From NCBI RefSeq assembly GCF_009914755.1, contig NC_060925.1: a stretch of DNA of 64,000 nucleotides. One strand, given 5' to 3'. Positions 50,927 through 64,000 of this stretch are shown in pieces. Numbering within the stretch: position 1 is the first letter of the stretch; each line of letters begins with the position of its first letter. The DNA comes from the human T2T-CHM13v2.0 reference genome, Homo sapiens. The notes beneath the pieces are model-generated. The model saw nothing but the letters and a program-made list of their open reading frames with translations. It was not told where the DNA came from and did not search any database. A program made the position numbers and the translations under genes.

Positions 50927-50976
50927 GTGCTTTTTACTGCATTCTAAGTGCTTTTTACTGCATTCTAAGTGCTTTT
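50927..50976. repeat. 21-bp perfect tandem repeat, 2.4 copies
   Basis: (gtgctttttactgcattctaa)2 followed by gtgctttt. Confidence 0.95.
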
Positions 50977-51799
50977 ATACACCAAGGCAACACTCACGTT
51001 CCCTCACTCTCTCTGCTTCTATCTGTGTCTCCCTCTGTCTCTCCCTGTCTGTACCCTGCCCTTACTTCTCTCCTTGCTTCCCTACTATCTCCTTCTTCCT
51101 ACCTCCTTCCTACCTTCTCTCATTTTGTCTTTCCTTCAGTAGCTGGGACTACTCCCCAGCTGCCAGAATCTCTGGATTTAACCTGTCCTAATGTCCCCAG
51201 GTCTTAGAGAGCTCTGAGTTTTCAAACCTTGGGCCTGGTTGCCTAATAACAAACCCTACCTCCCTAGGCCCTCCCACAGCCTTTGGCTCCCTCCCCATGC
51301 TGTATGTAATAGGCTTTGAGCCACTTTTCTTACCCTTCAAGGATGTCTATTTCAACCAATGGCTTTAGTATAAAACCACTGACCTCTGGAGCCAGGGACT
51401 CAAAATGGGCATTGGTCCAGAGGCTGGAACCTTAGAGATTTATCTGGCAAGAAAAGGGTTGGGGACAAGCTAAACTGAAATTTCCAGAACTAGGGATTTA
51501 TTTAACAAATGTTTACATAAATTCTTATTAACCACTTTTCTGGAATCGAAAGGTGTTAATTGTTTTCATAATCACTTCATGTTTCCTAATCCACACTGAC
51601 ATTTCTCTTTCCTCCAGGCCCTTCCAAGTCTTCCCTGAAAAACTCAAAGAAGTACATTGTTATAAAACTCCTATGGGTAAGATTCAAGATAAGAGATGAT
51701 GAATAAAAAAGGAAAAAGAATTCCAATCAGTTGTATGACTACTGCCTTGGAAATCTGGCAGGAGCATTAAGGTGACATTTGAAAATATTATCATTCTCA

Positions 51800-52000
51800 G
51801 GAGAGGCAATGTGATAGAAAGGATACACCATGAGACTTAGAGTTAGGAGACCTATATTTAAATCTCAGCTCCACCACAGGCTGGCTGCATGACCTTGAGA
51901 TAATCACTTAATCTCTCTGGGCCTCAGTTTCCTCATTTATAAAATGAATGGCCCAGATATGATGATCTCTAAGATTACTCCCAGCTCTAAAATTCTGAAA
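51800..52000 (+). mobile_element. MIR3-like SINE
   Basis: tctctgggcctcagtttcctcatttataaaatg...gatgatctctaag...cccagctctaaaattctg. Confidence 0.8.
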
Positions 52001-52339
52001 TGCTAAAATGGTTCAGTTCATTCTGATGGCCAATAAATGAAGGGTGGTTCAGACTACCAGAGCAATTCATATTTTATTTATTTTTAAATTATGGAAAAGT
52101 TCCTTTGGCCAGCTATAGAGGCCCAATTCACTGCTGGAACAAACGCTATGACTTCAAAGCTATAACATTAGGTATTAAATTTAGAAAATATAAAGGGAAT
52201 AAAATTGTTCTTTCGTGTTTATAGCCCTATTAATAACTTTTACCTCATAATAATGTGATCCATTTTTCAACCTCAGAAGCCAGGAAATATTTAGCAAAGA
52301 AAGAAGAGAATAAACTAACAATTATTGCCTACGTACTAT

Positions 52340-52570
52340 GAATTACTATTTATTGAGTACCTATAATAAGCTAGACACTATCCTAGAGATGTTTCTTATG
52401 TTATCCTATTTCACATTTCTAACTGCACCATGAAAAATGCATTGCTTTCCTCATTTTATAGATGAGAAATCTGAGACCCAACAGGATGTGACTTGCTCAG
52501 TATCATGAAACTAGTGAGGTCAATTTGAACCCAGGTCTGTCTGATACTCAGACCAACATTTTTCTTACTA
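52340..52570 (-). mobile_element. MIR SINE
   Basis: cattttatagatgagaaatctgagac...tttgaacccaggtctgtctga. Confidence 0.8.
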
Positions 52571-53571
52571 TATTACTTTTGAAATATTCTAAGCAGAGAG
52601 CTCCCTCTCAGTGGGACTAAACAAGTAGTAATTAGGTAGGAATGCTTTAAGAGGGATCATCATGCTGGGAATAGAGTCTAAGTGGTTGGACTGGGTAACC
52701 TTTGTAATCCTTTCTATTCTGAGAATCAAGTAATTCTATTACCTTAAGTCACTGTGAGTAGAGTAATAAGAAGCAAAATCACTAATCCTCCCAGAGAAGC
52801 TGCAAAATATGTTCTCTTTATTTCTTTATAATGTTTCCTGCAATTATTTTTCTTTCAAGAAGAATAACATCTCTCTGAAATTTAGGAGTCCATAACCTAT
52901 TTCCCTCAACTACTACCAGTGTTTTAATCTTTTGATGACCCACTAGAACCACAGAATTATTATTCTGCATTAAGACTTCTGTATAATTCTACCCATGAAT
53001 TAGAATGAGGAACATGAAATTTAATTCAATAGCATAGGAAATGTTCGCCTGTAATCCCAGGCAACATTAAGCTAGGTTACTTCACTTAATAATGAGCTCT
53101 CTTCTTTTTACTTCATGTGTTCAAGGAAGTGCTTAAATACCTGAAGTGCTTAAACACATAAAGCTATGGCCACCAATACATTAAAATAACTTTTTCTTCT
53201 TCCTTTTTAACAGCCATTATCTCTGGAATTCCTGTAAGGAGCTTAGAATCTATTTTTGAGCTTCCTCACTAAACAATAAGCTGAAGACAGAGATACTTCA
53301 CAAGAAACTTTGTGTAATGGAATGCTTCATGGAATGAATTCATCATTATTCAGATTTAACCAAGGTAAATTCCAGCTATTTCTCCAACAAATGGACAACT
53401 TCAACTTAGATCAGGACTTCTGTGAATGGTTCCTCTCAGAAAAAGAGGTATAGCAGGTTCTGTAAAAAAAAGTCTTCCTCTCCCAAGGTGGCCTGATACG
53501 CAGAGCTGATGCCCAATGAGAAGTTGTGTAAAACTGCCTAGAATCAAGTAGCCTCTTAGGAAGAAAAGACC

Positions 53572-53879
53572 AGCCAGGCGCGGTGGCTCACGCCTGTAAT
53601 CCCAATGTTTTGGGGGCCGAAGTGGGCGGATTACTTGAGGTCAGGAGTTTGAGACCAGCCTGGCCAATGTAGTGAAACCCCATCTCTACTAAAAATACAA
53701 AAATTAGCCAGGGGTGATGGCGCACACCTGTAATCCCAGCTACTTGCGAGGCTGAGGCAGGAGAATCACTTGAACCCAGGAGGTGGAGGTTTCAGTGAGC
53801 AGAGATCGCGCCACTGTACTCCTGCACTCCAGCCTGGGCATTGGAGTGAGACCCTGCGCCCCGCACCCAAAAAGAAAAT
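53572..53879 (+). mobile_element. AluS SINE with 8-bp TSD and small internal duplication
   Basis: AAAAGACC at 53564-53571 and 53880-53887; ctgtactc-ctgcactc duplication. Confidence 0.95.
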
Positions 53880-54139
53880 AAAAGACCTGGACCCTGCTAG
53901 TTCTCAAATTATGTCAACCAATGAAAGCAAGTGTTGCATAAGTGAAGTCACCATAGGAAAAAGGAAAATTTGAACTAGTGACCTGACTTCAATGCAAATT
54001 CATAGCTTAGGGGCTTAGAGAAAAGACTGGTTTGAACCCAGCATGGGGTGGACACTGGAAGTCCCTCCAGGCCTTGTCTTCCTAGAGTGGGCGTCATGCA
54101 CTGGGCATAAAAGCTGAGCATGTGCGTATGACCTAAATC

Positions 54140-54345
54140 ACCATTTAGTATGTGCCATCACTATTCTAAATGCTTATTATAGATTGACTCATTTAATTCT
54201 TAATAATAACTGTATAAGGTAGTTACTTCATTACCACTATTTTATGGATGAGGAAACTGAAGATTAAAGATTAAATAATTTGCTCAAATTCACATGGCTA
54301 GCAAATGGTAAAGCCTGGATAGAGCTCCAGATATTCCAAATAAAA
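54140..54345 (-). mobile_element. MIR SINE
   Basis: actcatttaattct...ttttatggatgaggaaactga. Confidence 0.75.
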
Positions 54346-55859
54346 CTCCAGAAAGGGATGTTTCCAAAAGAAAATAAGGGAATTCCTACTAATAAGAATA
54401 GATGGTGGACCAATTGCTTACATGGAAAAATAAGAGGACTGTGAGCATATGAGTACCTACAGTTGGAAAAATGAGGCAAGTATGGAATATGGCCCCCAAA
54501 AACCAAAGCAGATGATGGTGACAAGAGGGCAGCTTGCATTGTCAGAGCAGAACTGGCCCAAGAGAATGGAAGTCTGGAGGTAAATGTAGATGTGGTATAG
54601 GGGAAAGATTAGAAAATTAGGTAAAATGAAAGTCTGAAGCAGTGGGTCTGAAAGGGCAACCGGGAATGATCTGGATCAATCCCAAGTGATAGGAAGCATC
54701 CAATTAAGTTGAGGTGGTGCGAATGTGATGAGAGGCTGCCATTGTGTTCAGAAGCAGAAGGGGGTTGGGAACCACAGACAGAGTAGGTGGCTTAAACTAT
54801 CTTTTTCCTCTTATAAAGCTATTCCTGACCATCTGGGAAGGATGGCTTCTAAGGAGTTGGCAGAAGGCCTCATCTTGATAGAGAATTTAGGCTATTAGCT
54901 GCCCTCTCTGAGGAACCTAGACAGATCCCATGGGCAGACCCCTTAATAAAACCCTTCCTCAGAAGCCAAGTCTCTAACCTCAAAGCACCAGGTACCTTGA
55001 GAATCTGGCTGCTCTTAACTTTTCCCCAAAGCATTACTCCAGGGCTTTCCAAGACATTGAGTGCCAACCCACTGCACAAAGCTGACCTCCAAGCTTCATG
55101 AGCTGGTGAAATGACAACTGACAGGTATCAGAAGCTCCTCCTTAACTCTCAGTATGCAAGACAGAAATGCAAAGGCAATGCTGTGGGGATGCTAGAGAGA
55201 TTCAAGTGAGGCCTCAGGAAGGTAAGTTCAAATCTGATCATTGGTCCCTATGGAAATTCAAGTCAGAAGGTTGCATCTTGCTTTGGCAGAGTAGACCTGA
55301 GTTTGAGTACAGATTTGCCTCCAGGAACTTCAGGCAAGTCCCTTTTCCACTGTGCACTTCAATAGAGGATGAGACTAAATGACCTCTAAATTCCCTGGAG
55401 TTTGCCTATTATTATTATCACTATTGATACCAGTGGACTGAAAGGCATGACTCACGGTATGTTTAAAACACATTTACTCCTTAATTTCCTGCTGTCCCCT
55501 TAAAATAAAATCAATTACAGTAAAAGCAAAATCCTTATCCTTTGTATGTTTTCATATTTATGAGTATTTCCTCTAAACTACGTAATATAATTTGGCACTG
55601 CACTTCGGAATTTCATTTCTATTACATCTTTGTATCTAGCCAAAGTTTTAATTTTAAGTTCCGGTTACTGTATTACCTTCATCATCATCACCGCCAACAA
55701 TCCCATCATCATTCATTATTTATTTTTCTGAATAGCCTATGAGTTTGCTGGGAGTAAGATCCCTTTTGTCTTATTTTTTAATCCCTAAGAGCACTGAACA
55801 CAATGCCTCACATGGCATAGATCCTCAATAAACATGGTGTGAAGGATTAATGATAATTC

Positions 55860-56480
55860 ACATACTCAACATTTCAGTCCAACTAAACAACTTGAAAATT
55901 CTGTGAAGACACTGAGATCCTTTCCCCACGTGCCCTTACACATGTTGTACCTTTTGCATGGCATTCTTTGCCCTTCTGTGCTCATTTATCGTGCTCTAAG
56001 AAGCAGCTCAAATAATACAATAAAATCTTACAAAAATTTAAAATAAACCTCTCCAATACCCCCAAATATAAAATAACAGCTCTAGTAAGGCCTTTCCAGA
56101 GCCTCTCTGGAAATCTTTATCACCCCCAGCCCACAGCCAGAAACACACATCCCTCTTCTAATGCTTAAAGTAATGCATTATGTCTGGTTGTATAATTGTC
56201 TCTTCAACCAGATCAGGGACTCTGTGTTAAAATCACCTGGAAAGCTTTTAAAAAACTACTAGTGGCTGGCTGCATTCCAGATCAGAAGAATCAGGTTCTC
56301 TGGGGTGGGGTGTGGATATTGGTATTTTTAAATTCTCTTCAGTAATCTAATACGCAGACAGAGTTGGGAACCACTGTATAAAATGGTGAGGTACTAGAAG
56401 GCAAGAACTATGGTTTGTCTCTGCAAGTCTAGTTCTCAGCAAAGATTACCACCCAATAAATAATTGTCAAATGAATGAAC
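55860..56480 (+). mobile_element. L2 fragment with nested MER5A (about 56213-56376)
   Basis: L2 tail caataaataattgtcaaatgaatgaa; MER5A aatcacctgg...gttgggaaccactg. Confidence 0.65.
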
Positions 56481-57474
56481 TAGGAAGGATAATAGAAGTA
56501 TAAGAATAATTTATGTAAGTCTCTTCCTACAAGTTTATTTTAAAATGTTGTGAGATAAACAACGATATATTAATCTAATGACTTCTGACTTATTAGACAA
56601 TTTTGTTTAACCATATCAAGCACATAAATTGCCTTGGACCCAGCATCTAACTAAGCAGTTTTCCCAGAGGTGGTAAACGTGGTCCTAAAAGAAATCTAGA
56701 TGGATCCTGCAAAAATATGAACATTAAGGCAGTTCATTAGCTTAGCCTCTAAGTCCAAAAGCTGGACCTCCAAAGCCTATCATGTAATGTAGATATATTT
56801 CAAGGTTGTTATCTCACAACTGTCAAACCCAGCCTCTTCTTGCTTTCTGCTGCGTAATTTATCCTTGAGAGTGGCATGAGAGTTTTTTATTAATTTGTTT
56901 GTCAAGCAACACTCTCAGCTCTCTCGTAATTATGTTTCCTGTTAGTAGCATTAAGTACAAACATAGCTCTTGATTTTCACTTGTTAATTTGTCCCTCTCC
57001 TACATTTAGATATAGCAATAGATATAGTCATAAGATCAGAAAATTGCTGATGGTCAGGAGAGGGCAACATAAAGGCCTGTGTATCTTTGCCAGTAATTAA
57101 TATGCAATGAACTAATGCCATACAGTGGAAAGATCACAAAAGAAGCTCGGGGTTTGAGTTGGCCTGAGTCATCTACACTGTGTCTTTGGACAATTAGCTT
57201 ACCTCTTTGCAGCTTGAACAACCCATCTCAAAAATGAAAGATAATGAAATCTATTTCAAATGCTTAGCAGAGTTATTGTGTGCATAAAATAAGACAACAG
57301 ATAAGAAAAATACTTAGTAAAATACAAACAACTATGCTAACATGCTTCTCTCATTCAGTTGCAAACATTCTATACACCCACTGTGTCATGGGCTACAGTA
57401 ATATAGATAATGATGATTCTTATCACCATTGTTATCATAAGGATTATGCTGTTATAATGAAGTCCTGGTTATCT

Positions 57475-58019
57475 TGTGATGGTTAATTTTATGTGTCAAC
57501 TTGGCCACAAGGTGCCCAAACATTTGGTCAAACATTATTCTGGGTGTGTCTGTGAGGGTGTTTCTGGATGATATTAACATTTGAATTGGTAGACAGTAAA
57601 GTAAATTGCCTTTTCTAATGTGTGTGGGCCTCATCCAATCAGTTGAAGACCTGAACAGAACAAAAAGGCTGAGTAAGTAGGAATTTCTTTCTGCCTGACT
57701 GCCTTCACCTGAGGCATCATTTTTTATTTCTGTCTTTGGACTCGAACTGGAACTAAATCAGCAGCTATCTTGGGTACCCAACCTGCTGCCTCAGATCTTG
57801 GGACTTGTCAGCCTCCATAATTGCATGAGTCAATTCCTTATAACAAGTCTATCTACCATCTATCTCTCCACCTATCTGGCCATTTATCTATCTATTTGTC
57901 CTTCTCTCTCTCCCCTTTCCCTCCTCCTTCCTTCCCTCACTCCCTTTTTCTCTCTTTCACACACTCACACACACACACACACCCTACTGTTTCTGTTTCT
58001 CTGGAGAACCCCTTATACA
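57475..58019 (+). mobile_element. ERVL solo LTR, MLT2B-like
   Basis: tgtgatggttaattttatgtgtcaacttg start, internal (CT)/(CA) tract, ttctgtttctctggagaaccc...taca end, TSD TATCT/TCTCT. Confidence 0.92.
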
Positions 58020-58094
58020 TCTCTAGCAACATAAACATTCTTTGGGGAGGCTTCAGAAATAACTCTCTAAATACAATATCTTATGTTGCTGGAA

Positions 58095-58262
58095 GTGTTT
58101 TCGTGGTCATTAGAATCAGCTGGCCAGCTTTAAAAACATCAATTCCCAGCCCTGAGAGATTAGAGCTTCTAAATCAGTACCTCAAGATGGCAGAACCTGG
58201 AAATCTGGATTTTAACAGGGTTCCTAGTAATTCAACTTATTAGCCATGTTTAGGAACCACCC
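58095..58262. mobile_element. MER5-family MITE
   Basis: cattagaatcagctgg...ttttaacagg...tttaggaaccac. Confidence 0.6.
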
Positions 58263-58335
58263 AACTAAGTGGTTTGGTTGAGAAAACTAGAAACCAAAGA
58301 TCTGTCTGATCTCTAAACTTTCATCCCTTCAGCTT

Positions 58336-58493
58336 CATAGATTTTGTTTCTTTCTCTTGTCTCCTATTAAATGTAGATGAGCTATAAATATAATATTATA
58401 TATATAGAGAGAGAGAGCCTTTCATATATTTTATTTCTTTCTCTTGTCTCCTATTAAATGTAGATGAGTTATAAATATAATATTATATATATA

Positions 58494-58543
<50 letters not shown>

Positions 58544-58547
58544 CTTT
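58336..58547. repeat. 87-bp-period tandem duplication carrying (TA)n microsatellites
   Basis: tttctttctcttgtctcctattaaatgtagatgag at 58347 and 58434; about (TA)20 at 58502-58540. Confidence 0.92.
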
Positions 58548-58574
58548 AATCATAAATTTAGAGTAAAGTTATTT

Positions 58575-59045
58575 TGAATTCAACCCTGATCATATTCCTC
58601 CTCTGTCTTTGGGGTCCCCCTGTTAACTATCAATAAAATCCAATTTCCTTAAGATAGCATCCAAGTCCCTCTAAACTATGACCCCTGGATAAGTCTCCAG
58701 CCTCATCTCTCATCACATTCATTCATATACATCCTAAATCCAACTCCCCAGTGAGCGCTTGTTCCAGTTTCTGACCCTGTGCATTGTTCTTGTTCTCACC
58801 TCCACCTGGAGGGCCATGTCACCCCAAACACTCATCCTTCAAGTTTTAACTAAAACGGCATTTTACTCATGCAACTTCTCTAATAGCTCTCTAATATATT
58901 GCTTTATATCACAGCCATTTGTGTGCTTGTCTCCCTCAAGAATAGGGACTTCTCAAAAATCAAGCTACATGCTGCAAGTGCTTGTACCTAGAGCTCTGAA
59001 TCTGACACAAAGTAAGGTTCATACGCATTCAATGAATTGATGCAG
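58575..59045 (+). mobile_element. L2 3' portion
   Basis: ctgatcatattcctcctctg...aataaaatccaatttcctta...tccagcctcatctctca...aatgaattga. Confidence 0.65.
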
Positions 59046-59149
59046 GCTGATATTTCCTACACAGTTACCAAAAGGAAAAAATTTAAAAGTTGGACATTTG
59101 GTTACAAACATGGAAAGAATATCGCAAGAAGGCATAGAGTGTAGGCTGA

Positions 59150-59390
59150 GCAGCACAGTGCATTGTTTAGAAGCAAGAGGTTTCAATCTAGGCTCCATTT
59201 CCATCTCTCCTACTTATTAATGATAAGAGGGTCACATTATTAAGACTTCAGTATCTCCATTTTTTCATCCCTGAGTGAGGATGGTGATGGTATCAATCTC
59301 ATAAGGCTGTTATGGGGATTAACTATGCTAAGAACTTAGTACATCATCGGGATGCATCATATAAACTATTGAATAAGCTATACTTGTTAT
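59150..59390 (+). mobile_element. MIR SINE
   Basis: tctcataaggctgttatggggattaa. Confidence 0.6.
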
Positions 59391-60097
59391 TGGTGCTCCC
59401 TTATTATTTTATTAATGTTTAACCCAGTGAGTATAGTCCTAGAAATAGAAGACTCCTGATTTATGGGTGCAAAGAAAAGTGGAAGAATCCTCAAGCTAAC
59501 TTATCTTGTGGGCCATTTCCATTTCTGAAGGGCATCCATCTCAGAGGAAGAAAAAGCCAGAGTTATGCCTTTGTCTTTCATGGGTTGCTCCTTTCCCTGA
59601 TGCAGTCCCTTAAGGAATATAGATCCATGGGAGATTTGTGTATATGCTCTGTTTCCCAATAGTTAAAGCAACTCATTTGTCACCACTAAGCATTCATTCT
59701 TTTTCTGGAGGTCAATTTGCCAGGTGCCTGCACCTGTCCAGGGAAAGCCTGACAGACCAGGGACAGTTGACCTGACAGCTATTGCACATGAGCCTAATCT
59801 TCTCTTTGACTCTGTGGTAGAAGGACAAATGGACCAAATCTTGGCCCAGGCCTGGAAACTCTAAAACCACCCTTGGAATTTTGAAAAGTGATCTTAAATA
59901 CCATTAGATAAAAACCACTGCCCTGTGACAAGGCTCAGGCCCAGATCAGTAGAAATAACTTATAATAAAGTACAGAGCTGGGGTTGCCAAAGACCATGAT
60001 GTCTATGACAAAGACAGTCCTTTTCTGGGAGAAATGTGAAAAAGGAAGACAATATTATGAGGTTTTTATAAAAGCAAAGTGGATTGGATTTTTTAAA

Positions 60098-60216
60098 TGT
60101 ATATAGAGACAGGGTCTCACTTTATTGACCAGGCTGGTCTCAAACTCCTGGCTTCAAGGGATCTCTTGCCTCAGCCTCCCAAAGTGCTGGGATTACAGGC
60201 ATGAGCATGCCCAGCC
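60098..60216 (-). mobile_element. Free left Alu monomer (FLAM-C-like) with 16-bp TSD
   Basis: GATTGGATTTTTTAAA at 60082-60097 and 60219-60234 flanks a single left monomer. Confidence 0.9.
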
Positions 60217-60439
60217 TTGATTGGATTTTTTAAAATCTGAGGTTAAGTTCTTCATACTTTTATAATATTAAAGTTAATTTTCTTTATAACATAATAATGA
60301 TAGTCAGTGGCTGACTTGTTTCTTTAGTGTCCTCACCTAGATAAATAAAAGTTGACATACTTTCTGTCCTTCTGCACAATTTTGGGGTGTTGGTTATTTT
60401 GCTAGTCTATGAAATTCTCAAAAGTTTGGGGCTCTTTGA

Positions 60440-60650
60440 TATTAGGGTTGAGGAAAGAGGCTCTAGAGCCAGAAAGACCTGGGTTGCCTGCTTTGTTCTT
60501 CTTCCAATTTGTGTGACTTTGAGCTATTTATTTAACTTCTCGGAGTCTCTAAAATGGCAACAACAATAATAATTTCTATCTTACAGGATCATTGCATGAT
60601 GAAAAAAAGATACCAGATGGCATGAGGTTAGCACTGGGCCTGACAAAAAA
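60440..60650 (+). mobile_element. MIR SINE
   Basis: ggctctagagccagaaagacctgggtt...tgtgtgactttgagc. Confidence 0.7.
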
Positions 60651-61003
60651 ATCATAATAATGGGTGTTTAAATAGGTTTTCCAGAATTCAGCCATATAGA
60701 TGAAACCTAGAAATAAGGAGCAAATGCAGAAAGAATTAAGCATTTAATTCCCCTATGTGGAATTCCTCCTAGATATAGCCTGCATGCTTTGAGGACTGCT
60801 GGGTTTAGATTCACACAAGTCTAAGTTTATATGCTACTAACTCAGGCCATTTTCTGGTCTAATAAATTTAAATAAGGTAGCTCATTTCTCTGAGCTTCTG
60901 TTTCCTTATCTGTAGAATATAATTCCCATCATAGAACATCAATACACTAGGTATTTTACACACATCCTCACTTAATATATGCAGCTATCCTACAAGATAG
61001 GCA

Positions 61004-61646
61004 CAGTTGATTATTATCTGCAGTAGCTATGTTCTATAAAGTTTCACAAATACCGAACCATTGCTCCTAGGGGAAACACAGGGTCATGTTCCTGCAAGGC
61101 TCTGGTCAAAACATTTTCATCAACTGATCAATACGTAACATTGTTTTATGTGTTTCTGTTTAAAGACATCTTACTTCATATATTTTGTTGATTCATTAAC
61201 ATTGAACTCATAGCCAGCAGCACTATAACTCATGCCTGAATGAAGCTTATCTAACTCATGTATTTTCTCCATAAAGCATACCCCATGTGTTTTATGAAAA
61301 ATTGGAGTGTCTTGTCTTAGGAACACCAGGCAGCTTCAGTACTATGTCTAGCGGCCATGTTAAACAGTGAAATTACCAACAAAAATCACAAAAAAATGCT
61401 AAACCTATGACCACCAAAAGGATGCTTGTTCATAGTAAGAGGGCTCAAACAAGAAGGCAGAGAACATCACTTTGTACAACCTCAGCTGAGAACACACATG
61501 TCAGGTGACTCAAAGTTTTTGCCATTTTGTGTATGTCTGTCGATGACCATAAAAGCACTATGAGTACTGATTTTGGGGTTACAAATAAATTTTAGTGAGT
61601 AGTCAAATTTGCAAATGTGGAATCTGCAAATAATAAGAATCAACTG
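61004..61646. mobile_element. MER82-like TcMar-Tigger non-autonomous element nested in a MIR
   Basis: TIRs cagttgatt...tctgcag / ctgcaaataataagaatcaactg followed by TA; about 640 bp; - strand MIR resumes at 61649. Confidence 0.85.
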
Positions 61647-62777
61647 TACTATTCTCTTCACAGACGAGGAATCTGAGGCTGAAAGAATTTATGTCATACA
61701 ACTGCATAGTGGTTAAGTTGAGTTGAAACTGGGTAGATATGTCTCCATCCAAAGACCCATGTTATTTCTATTATTAACACAGTACCCCCTCCATGTCTGG
61801 TTATCCTAGGAAACAGAAGTGGTATGAACGGCTACCTCACAGAAAGATGGTGAGGATCAAATTAAGCATCTTGAAGGTGCTTTTTAAACCACAGAGCATC
61901 ATACAAACATAAAGGGTTGTTATAAGAAGGTTCAATTACAGTGAGGTTATACTATCTAACACTAAGACCAACTATAATGAACTCCCTCATTCTCCCACAG
62001 TAGAAAGAGACCAAGTTAAAAATCAGACCTTGAGAGGTTAGTGTCTGGGTAGCCCTTATCCCAGCAAGCAACGACAAGCTAGTGATTCAGGCTAATTCAA
62101 TGCAGCCTCAGTGGGATTGCTCTTTCAGGGTTCTGAGAGCAAAAGAAGTACTTACAGTATATTTTAGTTAAAAGATCAAAATGCAGGTTGGATGCACTAA
62201 AAAAATGCTTCTGATGTCAAGTCCACTTACAGTTGCTGTTACAAAAATCTGCCACCCAGGGCCACAAAAAAATCAACACAGCAGCATTATCCAGCAGTGC
62301 GGATATTGACGAACAGGGGTGTTGTCTCAAAAACAATCTTGAAGTTATAGCTGTACCTTAAAAGGGGAGGGGGCTGGGAGCCCACAGGCACCATGTTAAT
62401 TACAAAAGAGGCCAGACTCATCCAACATAGAATTTGAAGAATTAACCATCTCTGATAAAAAGAATCAGTAAAGACAGAAAGGACTTAAAAATGTTCACAG
62501 ACTTTAACTGACTAATGACACTTCAAGAATGCTAATAAAATGATCAGATGAGGAAAAATATTGATGCATAAAGTTGTTCATAATGTAGCTATTTCCCAAT
62601 TTTAGCTTCAATAAATAATGGGTATTTGCTTTAAATATTATGCTATAGCCATACAATAAAAAAGTAAGTGTAAATAAAAATTATTTTAAATAATGTTTAA
62701 TAATATTGGAAAATAGTCAAAGTGTAATCTTAGTAAAAAAATAAATAAATAAACACAGGATACAAAAAGTATGAATC

Positions 62778-63077
<300 letters not shown>

Positions 63078-63654
63078 AAAAGTATGAATCAAACTGTGTG
63101 CATATTACTAAAAACAAGCAAAGAAACAAAAATACTGAAAAGAAATGTGTTAAATATTAACAATGATTGATTTCTTGTTTGGGAAATTTTGAGTAATTTG
63201 TATTTATTTTTTATTTCCAAGGTTTCCACAACAAGCATATACTATTATTTTTAAGGTGAGGAGGCAAACAGTACAATGAAAGTACAATCCAATTTGCTAT
63301 CAAGCTCCACACTCAAAAGAGTGCTTTGATGAACAGAGCCACAGATTAAACAAGATTTAGCCTGTTCATCTAACCGGTCACTGATCTGTAAAAATATCAG
63401 ATGTTTTCAGATTTTTCAAATCACTTATTATTAAGCAACTAGCTGGAGTGCAGCCAACTTAACTACACAAAGAACATGAGATGGCCCCATCCTCAGAAAA
63501 GCCCCTGGGGTGGGGCCCGGGTTTTCCTCTATTCACCTTTGTACTGCCAGAGCCTTGTGCCTGCAAGAGAGCAGGAGTTCAATAAAAACGTATTGAAAGA
63601 GTGAACACATATGGAAATAGGCTGCCTCACAATCACAGGTCAGCAGACATCAGC

Positions 63655-64000
63655 CTTTCATTCATACATACAATCATTCAAAAATGTATGAACCACTTAC
63701 TATACATACATATGACTAGGCATGGACGGCCTTCAAGACATGCAATAACTGGTGATGGTCCTAATACATAAACAAATGAAGGACTTTATACAATAAGAAA
63801 GGTGTGGATAAAATGTTAAGGGAGTTCCTAAGCAGGAAGAACTTCTCCAGGTACGAAGTTCTTCTCCAGGTAGGAAGTTCAAAGATGTCTTCCTGGATGG
63901 AGGGGGGATTTGAGCTGGGTTTTGAAGGTTGAGCACAATTTGGGCATGAGTGAACAAAGTGGAGAGAAGGTATCACAAACTGATACATGAGCTAATGACA
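63655..64000 (-). mobile_element. L2 3' portion
   Basis: ttcattcatacatacaatcattcaaaa...cttcctggatggaggggggatttgagctgggttttgaagg. Confidence 0.7.

Overview
This is primate, most likely human, non-coding genomic DNA. It holds no intact protein-coding gene, RNA gene or CRISPR array. The sequence is a dense mosaic of ancient MIR and L2 fragments, about 12 Alu/FLAM copies, several L1 remnants, MaLR/ERVL/ERV1 solo LTRs, hAT and Tigger MITEs and microsatellites. Apart from the broken L1 ORF2 pieces (10718-11863), the supplied ORFs look like chance or repeat-derived frames. Nearly all LTR and L1 copies point to the + strand, which suggests an intron of a large gene transcribed on the - strand; I cannot name the gene from sequence alone. 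I did not find a new multi-gene system. The best leads are: (1) a unique, CpG-retaining island at about 20550-21100 that looks like an internal promoter/first exon on the - strand ending ATG|GTAATT, overlapping a strong + strand splice acceptor; (2) a perfect SOX-OCT composite motif at 39711-39725 in repeat-free sequence; (3) a strong CTCF-like motif at 46286-46300; (4) several apparent local template-switch scars, including a piece of a neighbouring LTR copied between 15-bp direct repeats; (5) a very short, young L1 insertion with no target-site duplication (TSD). Repeat family names come from my recall of consensus sequences, and boundaries without a stated TSD are approximate.
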